From: Bradyrhizobium sp.
GTDB taxonomy: Bacteria; Pseudomonadota; Alphaproteobacteria; Rhizobiales; Xanthobacteraceae
Direction: 5' to 3'
DNA length: 64,000 bases
Assembly: GCA_039935075.1 (NCBI GenBank)
Contig: JBDTKZ010000012.1
Coordinates: 583-64,582, forward strand
The notes under the pieces are model-generated. The model saw only the letters and a program-made list of their open reading frames with translations, had not been told where the DNA came from and did not search any database. How positions within the stretch are numbered: the stretch's first letter is position 1; each line of letters starts with the position of its first letter. Shown here in pieces: positions 33,145 to 43,340 of this stretch. Both the position numbers and the translations under genes were made by a program.

Positions 33145-33981
33145 CTATTGCCGGAACGGATAGGCCAACTGGCCGCCGATCTCGGACGGGATCGCCTGCT
33201 CGGGATCGACGCCATAATCGTCGGGAAGCGCGTTTTCCGGCATCCGGAAGGTTCCAAACAGGATGTCCCAGAGTGGAAAGGTTCCGGCGAAGTTGGTGTT
33301 GCCGCCCTGTTCCAGCGAGGTGTGATGCCAGCGATGGAACACCGGCGTTGCCAGCACGTATTTGAACGGGCCGAGCGACCAGTTCAGGTTAGCGTGGACG
33401 AAAGCCGAATGGAATGTCGTGAAAGGCCCGACCCAGAGCATGATGTTGGGCGAAATTCCCGCCATCAGCAATATGACGTCGACCGCGATGGTCCCGATCA
33501 GCAGGTTGACGGGATGGAAGCGGGCCGCCGAGATCCAGTCCAGATCCTCGGACGAATGATGAATGGCGTGATACTTCCAGAATCCGCCACCATGAAACAT
33601 CCGGTGCAGCCAATAGAGCATGAAGTCGGACGCCACCAGGAACAATATCGCCTGGAACCAGAGCGGCAGTTGCGACAACGGACCGTGACCATTGTCATAG
33701 AAGGCAATCAGGTCGTCGGCGTCATGAATCCCGAACACCGCACCCGCGCCGAGCACCATGAGCCCGATCCGGAGCACCCGCGCAAACAGCGGTACGAAGA
33801 ACCAGTAGCAGGCGTCGGTGATCAGTTCGCGCTTGCGCCACCACGGCGTTCCCGGGTTGCAGGCCCAGAAATGCGTGAGCACCGAGAACACCACGGCGAG
33901 CACAATGGTGATCGGAACCACCTTGGCGATCGTCTGGCCAAACATCTCGACGATTTCCAGGGGAAAATTCGACATGAACAC
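33145..33981 (-). CDS. Sterol desaturase/fatty-acid hydroxylase family protein
   Basis: His boxes YWLHRMFH, HAIHHS, FVHAN, FHRWHH; WDILFGT. Confidence 0.9.
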   Translation of the reverse strand: MFMSNFPLEIVEMFGQTIAKVVPITIVLAVVFSVLTHFWACNPGTPWWRKRELITDACYWFFVPLFARVLRIGLMVLGAGAVFGIHDADDLIAFYDNGHGPLSQLPLWFQAILFLVASDFMLYWLHRMFHGGGFWKYHAIHHSSEDLDWISAARFHPVNLLIGTIAVDVILLMAGISPNIMLWVGPFTTFHSAFVHANLNWSLGPFKYVLATPVFHRWHHTSLEQGGNTNFAGTFPLWDILFGTFRMPENALPDDYGVDPEQAIPSEIGGQLAYPFRQ

Positions 33982-34279
33982 CTCATCTGATCGGGGTTTT
34001 AAGGGTTACCCCTCCATGTTTAAGGAGCCATGAATAAAGCCCTGCTTGTGCCCGCACACTCTATCAACTGACCGCGAGCGAAATTCATTTCGCATTGTAA
34101 CAAAGACCTTAATGCCAAATTTACTCTGCTCAATGACAGCGCGCTGAAGCCATTTTTACGCAATCGAATTAACTGCGCCGCAATTGTCCGAGCCTAGGGT
34201 GACGCCATGGTCACGGTGCTGAGAACGCCGCGGGACCAAACGTTAGTTCGACCAGCCACGTGTACACATGGAGATAGTT

Positions 34280-34444
34280 ATGAAGAATCTGATTTCGCGC
34301 TTCGTGAAGGACGAGTCCGGCGCCACCGCCATCGAGTACGGCCTGATTGCAGCGGGCATTGCGCTCGCGATTATCGCGACCGTGAACGGCCTCGGCAGCA
34401 ACCTGAACGGCAAGTTCACCTCGATCAACTCTTCGCTGAAGTAA
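34280..34444 (+). CDS. flp: Flp-family type IVb major pilin (54 aa)
   Basis: Manual translation MKNLISRFVKDESG|ATAIEYGLIAAGIALAIIATVNGLGSNLNGKFTSINSSLK; GGAG RBS; below the ORF-track size cut-off. Confidence 0.96.
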   Translation: MKNLISRFVKDESGATAIEYGLIAAGIALAIIATVNGLGSNLNGKFTSINSSLK

Positions 34445-34467
34445 TCGACGGTTTCGAAAGAACGGCG

Positions 34468-34500
34468 AAGGCCCCGGACATTCCGGGGCCTTTGTTGTTT
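34468..34500 (+). terminator. Terminator after pilin
   Basis: AAGGCCCCGGA-CAT-TCCGGGGCCTT followed by a T-rich tail. Confidence 0.8.
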
Positions 34501-34523
34501 CCAACAGTAGCGGTGGCGTGACG

Positions 34524-34655
34524 ATGCGTAAAATCGATGCCGCGACAAGAGCGGTTCTGACCGGCCATCACGGCGATGCGCCGGTGGAACTGGTCTGCCT
34601 GACGCTGACGCTGGCGCTGGTTGCGCTCGGCTGGCGAATCCTGGCGGTCTGGTGA
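34524..34655 (+). CDS. Putative 43-aa single-TM micro-protein with prepilin-like motif
   Basis: MRKIDAATRAVLTGHHG|DAPVELVCLTLTLALVALGWRILAVW; between flp and cpaA. Confidence 0.5.
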   Translation: MRKIDAATRAVLTGHHGDAPVELVCLTLTLALVALGWRILAVW

Positions 34656-34770
34656 TCGGCCGGCCGTTTTCCGATTGTTCATTTATGGGACTTAAGTTCG
34701 GGAGATGCTCCGACTTCCGCGTTAACCGCACGGACCACGTCATCCCATGATCTTTGCCACGATCCCTGCC

Positions 34771-35295
34771 ATGATCCTCGACATCGCACGGCTTCTGCTG
34801 TTTCCGGCCCTGATGGCGTTCGCCGCCGCAAGCGACCTCTTCACCATGACGATTTCGAACCGGGTTTCGCTGGCGCTGGTCGCGGGCTTCCTGGTTCTCG
34901 CTCTGCTGAGCGGTATGGGGCTGCACGACATCCTTTCGCATATCGGGGCCGGCGCCAGCGTCCTGACGGTCGCCTTCGCATGTTTTGCGATGGGATGGAT
35001 CGGCGGCGGCGACGCCAAGGTCGCGGCCGCGGCCGCGCTCTGGTTCGGCTTCGGCTACCTGATGAATTACCTCGTCTATGCCTCGCTGTTCGGCGGCGCC
35101 CTGACGCTGTTATTGCTCCAGTTCCGGCAATGGCCGCTGCCTTACGCCCTGGTCGGCCAGACCTGGCTGCTGCGGCTGCACGCCAAGGAGAGCGGCATTC
35201 CCTACGGCATCGCGCTCGCGATCGGCGCGCTGATGATTTATCCGGAGACCGACTGGATCAAGGCGGTCGATCTCGCTCACTTCGCGATTCACTGA
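34771..35295 (+). CDS. cpaA: Prepilin peptidase CpaA/TadV (A24)
   Basis: SDLFTMTISN, GGGDAK, IPYGIAL; alternative start at 34747. Confidence 0.93.
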   Translation: MILDIARLLLFPALMAFAAASDLFTMTISNRVSLALVAGFLVLALLSGMGLHDILSHIGAGASVLTVAFACFAMGWIGGGDAKVAAAAALWFGFGYLMNYLVYASLFGGALTLLLLQFRQWPLPYALVGQTWLLRLHAKESGIPYGIALAIGALMIYPETDWIKAVDLAHFAIH

Positions 35296-35452
35296 TCGCG
35301 GAGAGTAAACGCCGGGTAAACGCCACCCACTTCGGTAAACTCGGCGTTAAGTTGATTTAGATACGCCTCATTAACCATGCTTTGACGAATAGCTGGTCAA
35401 CTCCCATCACGGCGGCGGAAGCGTCGCGGCGTAATGTGGAAAGTGAAGCGTA

Positions 35453-36259
35453 ATGAATACCGCACGCATTGTCGTCCTGACCATCGCTGTCGGTGCCGGC
35501 GGTATTGCCGCGTATCTTGCGAGCGGGTCCGACAACAATAACAAGCCTGTCGCCGCGGCGCCGGTTACGCAGCTGCCGACCGTGGACGTCCTCGTTGCGA
35601 AATCCGATATCGGCCTCGGCCAGTCGGTCAAGCCGGAAGATATGCAGTGGCAGACCTGGCCTGCGGCGACCGCCAGCAGCACGTTCATCCGCCGCAGCGA
35701 ACGGCCTGACGCAACCAACCAGATCGTCGGCTCGATCGCGCGCGCCCCGTTCATCACTGGCGAGCCGATTCGCGAGCAGAAACTGGTGAAGGCTGATGGC
35801 TCCGGCTTCATGGCCGCGATCCTGCCGACCGGCATGCGCGCCGTTTCCACCGAAATCTCGCCGGAGACCGGCGCCGGCGGCTTTATTCTGCCCAACGACC
35901 GGGTCGACGTCCTTCTTTCGAAGCACGAGAAAAGCCCGGACAACCGCGCCGGTACCAGTGACGTCGTCAACTCCGAAATCATCCTGACCAATATCCGCGT
36001 TCTCGCGATCGATCAGGCGCCGAAGGAAAAGGACGGCCAGAACGCCGTGGTCGGCAAGACCGTGACGCTGGAGTTGAAGCCCGAGCAGACCGAGACGCTC
36101 GCCCGCGCGCGCCAGAGCGGCACGCTGTCGCTGGCGCTGCGCAGCATCGCCGACGTCAACATCGTCGAGAGCAGGGCCGACGATCAAGACCGCAAGCGAG
36201 GCGATAGCGTCAACGTGATCCGTTACGGCGTGCCAACCCAGACGACGACCCAGAAGTGA
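35453..36259 (+). CDS. cpaB: Flp pilus assembly protein CpaB
   Basis: SAF domain; GMRAVS, GGFILPNDRVDV, LSLALRS. Confidence 0.95.
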   Translation: MNTARIVVLTIAVGAGGIAAYLASGSDNNNKPVAAAPVTQLPTVDVLVAKSDIGLGQSVKPEDMQWQTWPAATASSTFIRRSERPDATNQIVGSIARAPFITGEPIREQKLVKADGSGFMAAILPTGMRAVSTEISPETGAGGFILPNDRVDVLLSKHEKSPDNRAGTSDVVNSEIILTNIRVLAIDQAPKEKDGQNAVVGKTVTLELKPEQTETLARARQSGTLSLALRSIADVNIVESRADDQDRKRGDSVNVIRYGVPTQTTTQK

Positions 36260-37746
36260 CCAAAGGACTCGATATGCAATACGGGGGAAATCAGCGGATG
36301 ATGCGGGCCTTGATGGTCCGCGCCCTGTCGTTTTCGGCGGTCGCCGCGCTGACGCTCAATCCGGCGCTGACCCCGGTCATCGCTGCCGACTATCGCTCCG
36401 CGGCACCGGTTGCACCGGCCGCAGCCGTTGCGGCTGACGGACAGATGAATGCGCGCTTCCTGGCGCTCGGCATCGGCAAGTCGGTGGTCATCGACCTGCC
36501 GCGCGACATCAAGGATGTGCTGGTCGCCGATCCCAAGATTGCCAACGCCGTCGTGCGCTCCGCGCAGCGCGCCTACATCATCGGCGCCACGGTCGGCCAG
36601 ACCAATATCGTATTCTTCGATTCCGCCGGCCAGCAGATTGCCGCCTATGACATCGCCGTCACGCGAGATCTCAACGGCGTGCGCGCCGCGCTGAAGCAAA
36701 CGATGCCGAACGCCGACATCCGTATCGAGGGTATCGGCGACGGTGTGATGCTGTCAGGCTCGGTGGCCAGCCCTATTGAAGCGCAACAGGCCGGCGATCT
36801 CGCCGCACGGCTCGCCGGTGGCGCCGACAAGGTCGTCAACTCGATCGTGGTTCGGGGCCGCGATCAGGTGATGTTGAAGGTCACGGTCGCCGAAGTTGCG
36901 CGCTCGGTCATCAAGCAGATGGGCATCGACCTCAGCGCCAGCCTGAGTTACGGCACCTCGGCGGTGACTTTCAACAATACGAATCCGTTCACCGCGAACA
37001 ATACGCCGCTCGTCGCCGGCAATGCGCTGACGGCCGGCACGCCGTCGGTGCAGGCTACCTTGCGGGCCATGGAAAGCGCCGGAGTGGTACGCACCCTGGC
37101 CGAACCGAACCTGACGGCGATCTCGGGCGAGTCCGCGAGCTTCATCGCCGGCGGCGAATTTCCGATTCCCGCGGGCTACACCTGCCAACCGGCGAGCAGC
37201 TCGAGCACCGTGCAACAGTGCCAGCTTTCGGTGGCCTACAAGAAGTTCGGCGTCTCGCTTAACTTTACGCCAATCGTGCTGACCGACGGCCGGATCAGCC
37301 TGCACGTGATGACCGAAGTATCCGAAATCTCGAACGAGAATTCGGTCAACCTCAGCGGCGTCACGATTCCTTCGATCAAGACCCGCCGCGCCGAAACGTC
37401 GCTGGAGATTCCGTCCGGCGGCGCGATGGCCATGGCCGGCCTGATCAACCAGCAGACCAAGCAGGCGATCAACGGGATGCCCGGCCTTTCGAGCGTGCCC
37501 ATCCTGGGTAGTCTGTTCCGCAGCCGGGACTACGTCAACAACCAGACCGAACTGATGGTCATCGTGACACCCTATATCGTCCGTGCCGTTTCACCGAAGG
37601 ACCTGTCGCGTCCGGATGACGGATTTGCCAATGCCTCGGACCCGCAGGCGGAGCTCCTCGGCAGCATCAACCGCATCTACGGCGTCCCGGGCCGCACCGA
37701 GCCGGCACAGAACTATCGCGGCACCTACGGCTTTATCACGGACTGA
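36256..37746 (+). CDS. cpaC: Secretin CpaC/RcpA
   Basis: QVMLKVTVAEV, LAEPNLTAISGE, PILGSLFRS, ELMVIVTP. Confidence 0.95.
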   Translation: MTKGLDMQYGGNQRMMRALMVRALSFSAVAALTLNPALTPVIAADYRSAAPVAPAAAVAADGQMNARFLALGIGKSVVIDLPRDIKDVLVADPKIANAVVRSAQRAYIIGATVGQTNIVFFDSAGQQIAAYDIAVTRDLNGVRAALKQTMPNADIRIEGIGDGVMLSGSVASPIEAQQAGDLAARLAGGADKVVNSIVVRGRDQVMLKVTVAEVARSVIKQMGIDLSASLSYGTSAVTFNNTNPFTANNTPLVAGNALTAGTPSVQATLRAMESAGVVRTLAEPNLTAISGESASFIAGGEFPIPAGYTCQPASSSSTVQQCQLSVAYKKFGVSLNFTPIVLTDGRISLHVMTEVSEISNENSVNLSGVTIPSIKTRRAETSLEIPSGGAMAMAGLINQQTKQAINGMPGLSSVPILGSLFRSRDYVNNQTELMVIVTPYIVRAVSPKDLSRPDDGFANASDPQAELLGSINRIYGVPGRTEPAQNYRGTYGFITD

Positions 37747-37767
37747 GACGGGACAAGGACGAAGACG

Positions 37768-38508
37768 ATGACACCAATAACGCCCGTCGACCGCAATCGC
37801 ATCCTCCGCATGGCCGGAGCGCTCGTTGGCCTTGCCGTCGTGCTTGGAGCATGCACGCATACCGGCGACGAAGTGACGACCGCGAGCATTCCGGAAGACT
37901 ATCGCCTGCGCCATCCGATCGCGGTGCAGGAAGCCAACCATTCGGTCGTGATCTTCGTCGGTCACGCCCGCGGCGGCCTCTCCGCGGACCAGCGCGCCGA
38001 TGTCATGGGCCTGGCGCAAACCTGGCAGCATGAAGGAACCGGCCCGATTACCGCCGACGTGCCGGTCGATACGCCGAACGCGGCGGCCGCCGCCGACGCG
38101 TTCCGGGAAGTCCAGTCGTTGCTCGCGGCCGCCGGCGTACCGCCGCGCGGCCTCATCCTCCACCGTTATCATCCGAACGATCCGCGCCAGCTGGCGGCGC
38201 TCCGGTTGAATTATCCGAGGATATCGGCCACGGCCGGACCCTGCGGCCTGTGGCCCGAGGATCTCGGCCCTTCGATTCACGACAAGACCTACGCCGAGAA
38301 CACGTCCTGGTACAATCTCGGCTGCGCCAATCAGCGCAACATGGCCGCCATGGTCGACAATCCGGCCGACCTGGTCCAGCCACGACGTGAAACCCCCGCC
38401 TATACCGCACGGCGCACGGAAGCCTTCGAGAAATATCGTAAGGGCAGCACGTCGACGACGCTCTATCCGGAAGCCGATAAGGCCAAACTCAGCGATACAG
38501 GCAAATGA
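37768..38508 (+). CDS. cpaD: Pilus assembly lipoprotein CpaD
   Basis: Lipobox LGAC; DYRLRHPI, NLGCANQRNMAAMVDNPADL. Confidence 0.93.
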   Translation: MTPITPVDRNRILRMAGALVGLAVVLGACTHTGDEVTTASIPEDYRLRHPIAVQEANHSVVIFVGHARGGLSADQRADVMGLAQTWQHEGTGPITADVPVDTPNAAAAADAFREVQSLLAAAGVPPRGLILHRYHPNDPRQLAALRLNYPRISATAGPCGLWPEDLGPSIHDKTYAENTSWYNLGCANQRNMAAMVDNPADLVQPRRETPAYTARRTEAFEKYRKGSTSTTLYPEADKAKLSDTGK

Positions 38509-39776
38509 TCAGCTACGCCCGTCAAAATCCCGAAGACCAGTCGGACCTCACAGCGTCGCCCGCGGACGATCATATCGCCCCGGCGCCGCGCGTGTCAGTT
38601 CAAGCCTTTTGCGAGACGGTGGAAACCGCCGCCGCCGTGCAATCGGCCGGCGAGGATCGCCGTCTCGGCAAGGCGCATCTCAAGATCCAGATGGGCGGCA
38701 TGGCCGCCGCCATCGAAGCCTATCGTACGGCGCCAACACCAAACGTGATCATCCTGGAAACCGAAGGCCGCGGCGATATCCTGACCGGCCTCGACCAGCT
38801 CGCCACCGTGTGCGATTCCGGCACCCGCGTCGTCGTCATCGGCAAGCTCAATGACGTGACGCTGTACCGCGAACTGGTGCGCCGTGGCGTCAGCGATTAT
38901 GTGATCGCGCCGGTCGGAACGATCGACGTCGTGCGTTCGATCTGCGGCCTGTTCTCGGCACCGGAAGCCAAGGCGGTCGGACGTATCATCGCCATCGTCG
39001 GCGCCAAAGGCGGCGTCGGCGCATCGACCGTCGCCCATAACGTCGCCTGGGCGATCGCACGCGATCTGGCGCTGGATTCCGTCGTCGCCGATCTCGACCT
39101 CGCCTTCGGCACCGCCGGCCTCGACTACAACCAGGATCCCCCGCAAGGGATCGCCGACGCGGTGTTCTCGCCCGACCGCATCGATACCGCGTTTATCGAC
39201 CGCCTGCTGTCGAAATGCACCGACCACCTCAGCCTGCTGGCGGCACCGGCCACGCTCGAGCGGGTCTATGATTTCGGTGCGGACGCCTTCGATTCGATCT
39301 TCGACACGTTGCGTTCGACAATGCCGTGCATCGTGCTCGATGTTCCCCATCAATGGTCGGGATGGACGCGCCGCGCCCTGGTCGCTGCCGACGATATCCT
39401 GATCGTCGCAGCGCCCGACCTCGCCAACCTCCGCAACACCAAGAACATCTTCGACCTGCTGAAGGCATCGCGCCCCAACGACCGGATACCGCTGTATTGT
39501 CTCAACCAAGTCGGTGTGCCGAAGCGGCCGGAAATCAATGCCAGCGAGTTCGCCAAGGCCATCGAGAGCCCGCCGATCGCGACCATTCCATTCGATCCGC
39601 AGATGTTCGGCTCGGCGGCCAATAACGGTCAGATGATCGCGGAAATCAACGCCAACCATCGGACCACCGAAATCTTCCTGCAAATTGCGCAGCGGCTGAC
39701 CGGCCGCGGCGAAACAAAAAAGCCGCGGGGTGCGTCGTTCCTGGCGCCCCTCATCGATAAGTTGCGGGCGAAGTAA
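38505..39776 (+). CDS. cpaE: CpaE/TadZ
   Basis: Atypical receiver domain plus KGGVGAS deviant P-loop. Confidence 0.95.
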   Translation: MISYARQNPEDQSDLTASPADDHIAPAPRVSVQAFCETVETAAAVQSAGEDRRLGKAHLKIQMGGMAAAIEAYRTAPTPNVIILETEGRGDILTGLDQLATVCDSGTRVVVIGKLNDVTLYRELVRRGVSDYVIAPVGTIDVVRSICGLFSAPEAKAVGRIIAIVGAKGGVGASTVAHNVAWAIARDLALDSVVADLDLAFGTAGLDYNQDPPQGIADAVFSPDRIDTAFIDRLLSKCTDHLSLLAAPATLERVYDFGADAFDSIFDTLRSTMPCIVLDVPHQWSGWTRRALVAADDILIVAAPDLANLRNTKNIFDLLKASRPNDRIPLYCLNQVGVPKRPEINASEFAKAIESPPIATIPFDPQMFGSAANNGQMIAEINANHRTTEIFLQIAQRLTGRGETKKPRGASFLAPLIDKLRAK

Positions 39777-39797
39777 GTCACCGCATGGAGTACCGTC

Positions 39798-41270
39798 GTG
39801 TTTGGTAAGCGTAGCGGAGCAGAAAACGATCAGCGGGCCGTCAAGCCCGCCGCCGGCGCGCCGGAATCACCTTCCGGCGCGACCGCAACCGTCGCACGCG
39901 AGGCGCCAGCGCCTACCGTTGCCTCGCCGCCAATCGCGCCGGCCCGCACCGCGCCGCCCGCGCCGACCATCGACGCCCGGCGCTCGGACACCTATTACCA
40001 GGTCAAGGCGACGATCTTCGGCGCCCTGATCGAAGCGATCGATCTTGCCCAGCTCGCCAAACTCGACGGCGAATCGGCGCGCGAGGAAATTCGCGACATC
40101 GTCAACGAGATCATTGCGATCAAGAATATCGTGATGTCGATCGCCGAGCAGGAGGAACTGCTCGACGACATCTGCAACGACGTTCTCGGCTACGGTCCGC
40201 TGGAGCCGCTACTGTCGCGTGACGACATCTCCGACATCATGGTCAACGGCGCCGGCACGGTGTTCATTGAAGTCGCCGGCCGGATCCAGCGCACCGGAAT
40301 CCGTTTCCGCGACAACCAGCAATTGCTGAATATCTGTCAGCGCATCGTCAGCCAGGTCGGCCGGCGCGTCGACGAATCCTCACCGATCTGCGACGCCCGC
40401 CTCGCCGACGGCTCTCGCGTCAACGCCATCGTTCCGCCGCTGGCGATCGACGGCCCCGCGCTCACCATTCGTAAGTTCAAGAAGGACAAGCTGACGCTGC
40501 CGCAGCTGGTCAAATTCGGCGCAATCACGCCGGAAGGCGCGGAGATCCTGCAGATCATCGGCCGCTGCCGCGCCAACGTGCTGATCTCCGGCGGCACTGG
40601 TTCCGGCAAGACCACGCTGCTGAACTGCATGACCAATTATATCGACGACGACGAGCGCGTCATCACCTGCGAGGACGCCGCCGAACTCCAGCTGCAGCAG
40701 CCGCATGTGGTGCGCCTGGAAACCCGTCCGCCCAATATCGAGGGCGAAGGCCAGGTCACCATGCGCGAACTGGTGCGCAACTGCCTGCGTATGCGCCCCG
40801 AACGCATCATCGTCGGCGAAGTCCGCGGACCGGAAGCGTTCGACCTGTTGCAGGCCATGAACACCGGTCACGACGGATCGATGGGAACGCTGCACGCCAA
40901 CAATCCCCGCGAGGCGCTGTCACGCTGCGAATCCATGATCACCATGGGCGGATTTTCGCTGCCCTCGCGAACCATCCGCGAGATGATCTGCGCCTCGATC
41001 GACGTCGTCATCCAGGCAGCCCGCCTGCGCGACGGCTCGCGCCGCATCACGCACATCACCGAGGTGATGGGCATGGAAGGCGACACCATTATTACCCAGG
41101 ATCTGTTCGTCTACGACCTGATCGGCGAAGACGCCAACGGCAACATCGTCGGCCGGCATCGCTCGACTGGCATCGGACGGCCCCGCTTCTGGGATCGCGC
41201 GCGTTATTACGGCGAAGAAAAACGACTTGCCGCGGCGCTCGACGCCGCCGAAGTCGCCCCGCCGAACTGA
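39798..41270 (+). CDS. cpaF: CpaF/TadA ATPase
   Basis: [32 protein letters not shown]. Confidence 0.96.
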   Translation: MFGKRSGAENDQRAVKPAAGAPESPSGATATVAREAPAPTVASPPIAPARTAPPAPTIDARRSDTYYQVKATIFGALIEAIDLAQLAKLDGESAREEIRDIVNEIIAIKNIVMSIAEQEELLDDICNDVLGYGPLEPLLSRDDISDIMVNGAGTVFIEVAGRIQRTGIRFRDNQQLLNICQRIVSQVGRRVDESSPICDARLADGSRVNAIVPPLAIDGPALTIRKFKKDKLTLPQLVKFGAITPEGAEILQIIGRCRANVLISGGTGSGKTTLLNCMTNYIDDDERVITCEDAAELQLQQPHVVRLETRPPNIEGEGQVTMRELVRNCLRMRPERIIVGEVRGPEAFDLLQAMNTGHDGSMGTLHANNPREALSRCESMITMGGFSLPSRTIREMICASIDVVIQAARLRDGSRRITHITEVMGMEGDTIITQDLFVYDLIGEDANGNIVGRHRSTGIGRPRFWDRARYYGEEKRLAAALDAAEVAPPN

Positions 41271-41281
41271 GGGAGCACGAG

Positions 41282-42256
41282 ATGAATATGCAAGCTCTCG
41301 CACTGGCTTTTCTGGCCGCGACCGCCATCGGCGGCCTGGCGTGGGTTTTTCTCTATCCGGTTCTGTCCGGGCAGAACAAGGCCCAGTCGCGCCGGGATTC
41401 GATCGCCAAATCGGCGCCCGCCGCGCGTCAGGCCGATAAAACCCAGCGTTCGCGCCGCGAGCAGGTCGAAGGCACGCTAAAGGACCTCGAAGCCCGCCGG
41501 CTGAAAGAAAAGAAGGTGCCGCTGGGCACCCGGTTGACGCAGGCCGGTCTCGACTGGACCACGCGGAAATTCATGATCGCTTCCGGCATCCTCGGGGTGG
41601 CCAGCTTCGGGCTCGCAATGGTGTTCGGGGGCAGCCTGTTTGCGGCCGTGGGCATGGCCTTCGCCGGCGGGTTCGGCGCGCCGCGCTGGGCGTTGAGCTA
41701 CCTGAAGAAGCGCCGGGAAAAGAATTTCCTGAAAGCGCTGCCCGACGCGGTCGACGTGATCGTTCGCGGCATCAAGGCGGGCCTGCCGCTGTTCGAATCG
41801 ATCAAGGTCGTCGCCGCCGATGCGCCTGAGCCGCTGAAGGGCGAGTTCCTTGCCATCATCGAAACCCAGGCGATCGGCATGCCGCTCGGCGAGGCCTGTG
41901 CCCGGTTGTTCGAGCGGATGCCGCTGCCGGAAGCGAACTTCTTCGGCATCGTGATCGCGATCCAGCAGAAGTCCGGCGGCAACCTGTCGGAAGCGCTGGG
42001 CAATTTGTCCAAGGTGCTGCGTGACCGCAAGAAGATGGCGGAGAAGATCCAGGCCATGTCGATGGAAGCCAAGGCTTCCGCCGGCATCATCGGCTCGCTG
42101 CCGCCGATCGTCATGTTGCTCGTCTATCTGTCGACGCCGCAATATATCTCGCTGCTGTGGACCAATCCGACCGGCCAATTGATGCTTTGCGCTTGCGTGG
42201 TCTGGATGTCCCTCGGCATCTTCGTGATGAAGAGAATGATCAATTTCGACTTCTGA
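41282..42256 (+). CDS. tadB: TadB inner-membrane platform protein
   Basis: LPDAVDVIVRGIKAG, GGNLSEAL. Confidence 0.93.
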   Translation: MNMQALALAFLAATAIGGLAWVFLYPVLSGQNKAQSRRDSIAKSAPAARQADKTQRSRREQVEGTLKDLEARRLKEKKVPLGTRLTQAGLDWTTRKFMIASGILGVASFGLAMVFGGSLFAAVGMAFAGGFGAPRWALSYLKKRREKNFLKALPDAVDVIVRGIKAGLPLFESIKVVAADAPEPLKGEFLAIIETQAIGMPLGEACARLFERMPLPEANFFGIVIAIQQKSGGNLSEALGNLSKVLRDRKKMAEKIQAMSMEAKASAGIIGSLPPIVMLLVYLSTPQYISLLWTNPTGQLMLCACVVWMSLGIFVMKRMINFDF

Positions 42257-42265
42257 TGGTGCAGC

Positions 42266-43240
42266 ATGATTGAGTTTCTGATTGAAAAGATCCACGACGC
42301 GCGCTTCATGGCCATGGTGCTTGCCGCGATCGCCGCGAGCGCGACGGCCTATACGCTGGTCATGCCAATGCTCGCGGGCGAAGGCCTCGCCAAGCGCATG
42401 AAGGCGGTCGCGAGCGAGCGCGAGCGAATTCGGCAGCGCGAACGCGAACGCATGAACAAGAACGAGAAGGTTTCGCTGCGGCAGACCCCGAAGCAGCTGG
42501 TCTCCAAGGTGGTGGAGGACTTCAACCTCGGCAAATGGCTGGCTCAGGAAGCCGCGCGGGAAAAGCTCAGCCAGGCCGGCTATCGCGGTCAGGCGCCCTA
42601 TATCACGTTCCTGTTTTTCCGGCTGGTGACGCCGATCCTGATGTTCATCGCCTCGATCCTGTATGTGTTCCTGATTTCGCACATGACCTATTCGATGCCG
42701 GTCAAAATCGGCATGTGCGTGCTCGCGGCCTATGCCGGCCTGCAGGCGCCGATGCTGTTCCTGAAGAACGCGATCTCCAAGCGGCAGCTCTCGATCCGGC
42801 GAGCCTTTCCCGACGCGCTCGATCTGCTGCTGATCTGCATCGAGTCCGGCATGTCGGTCGAAATCGCCTTCCGCAAGGTCAGTGTCGAGATCGTGACCCA
42901 ATCGGTCGCGCTCTCGGAGGAATTCACGCTGACCACGGCCGAGCTGTCTTATCTGCAGGATCGCAAGGTCGCCTATGAGAATTTGGCCAAGCGCACCGGC
43001 CTCGAGGGCGTGAAATCGGTCTGTCTGGCGCTGATGCAGGCGGAGCGCTACGGAACCCCGCTCGGGCACAGCCTGCGCGTCATGGCGCAGGAAAATCGCG
43101 ACATGCGCATGAACGAAGCGGAGAAGAAGGCCGCGGCACTGCCGCCGAAGCTCACCGTGCCGATGATCCTGTTCTTCCTGCCCGTGCTGTTCGTCGTCAT
43201 TCTCGGGCCGACCGGCATCAAGATCGCGGCGATGCAGTGA
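42266..43240 (+). CDS. tadC: TadC inner-membrane platform protein
   Basis: FPDALDLLLICIESG, QAERYGTP, KLTVPMILF. Confidence 0.93.
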   Translation: MIEFLIEKIHDARFMAMVLAAIAASATAYTLVMPMLAGEGLAKRMKAVASERERIRQRERERMNKNEKVSLRQTPKQLVSKVVEDFNLGKWLAQEAAREKLSQAGYRGQAPYITFLFFRLVTPILMFIASILYVFLISHMTYSMPVKIGMCVLAAYAGLQAPMLFLKNAISKRQLSIRRAFPDALDLLLICIESGMSVEIAFRKVSVEIVTQSVALSEEFTLTTAELSYLQDRKVAYENLAKRTGLEGVKSVCLALMQAERYGTPLGHSLRVMAQENRDMRMNEAEKKAAALPPKLTVPMILFFLPVLFVVILGPTGIKIAAMQ

Positions 43241-43340
43241 GCCTGGCAGGGCGGCGACGCCTGCCTTCGCCCCGGGCGATATGGCCGGTCACCCGCTTAT
43301 ACCAGATGATAACGGGTTCAATTCGTGATTGAAGAAGTGG

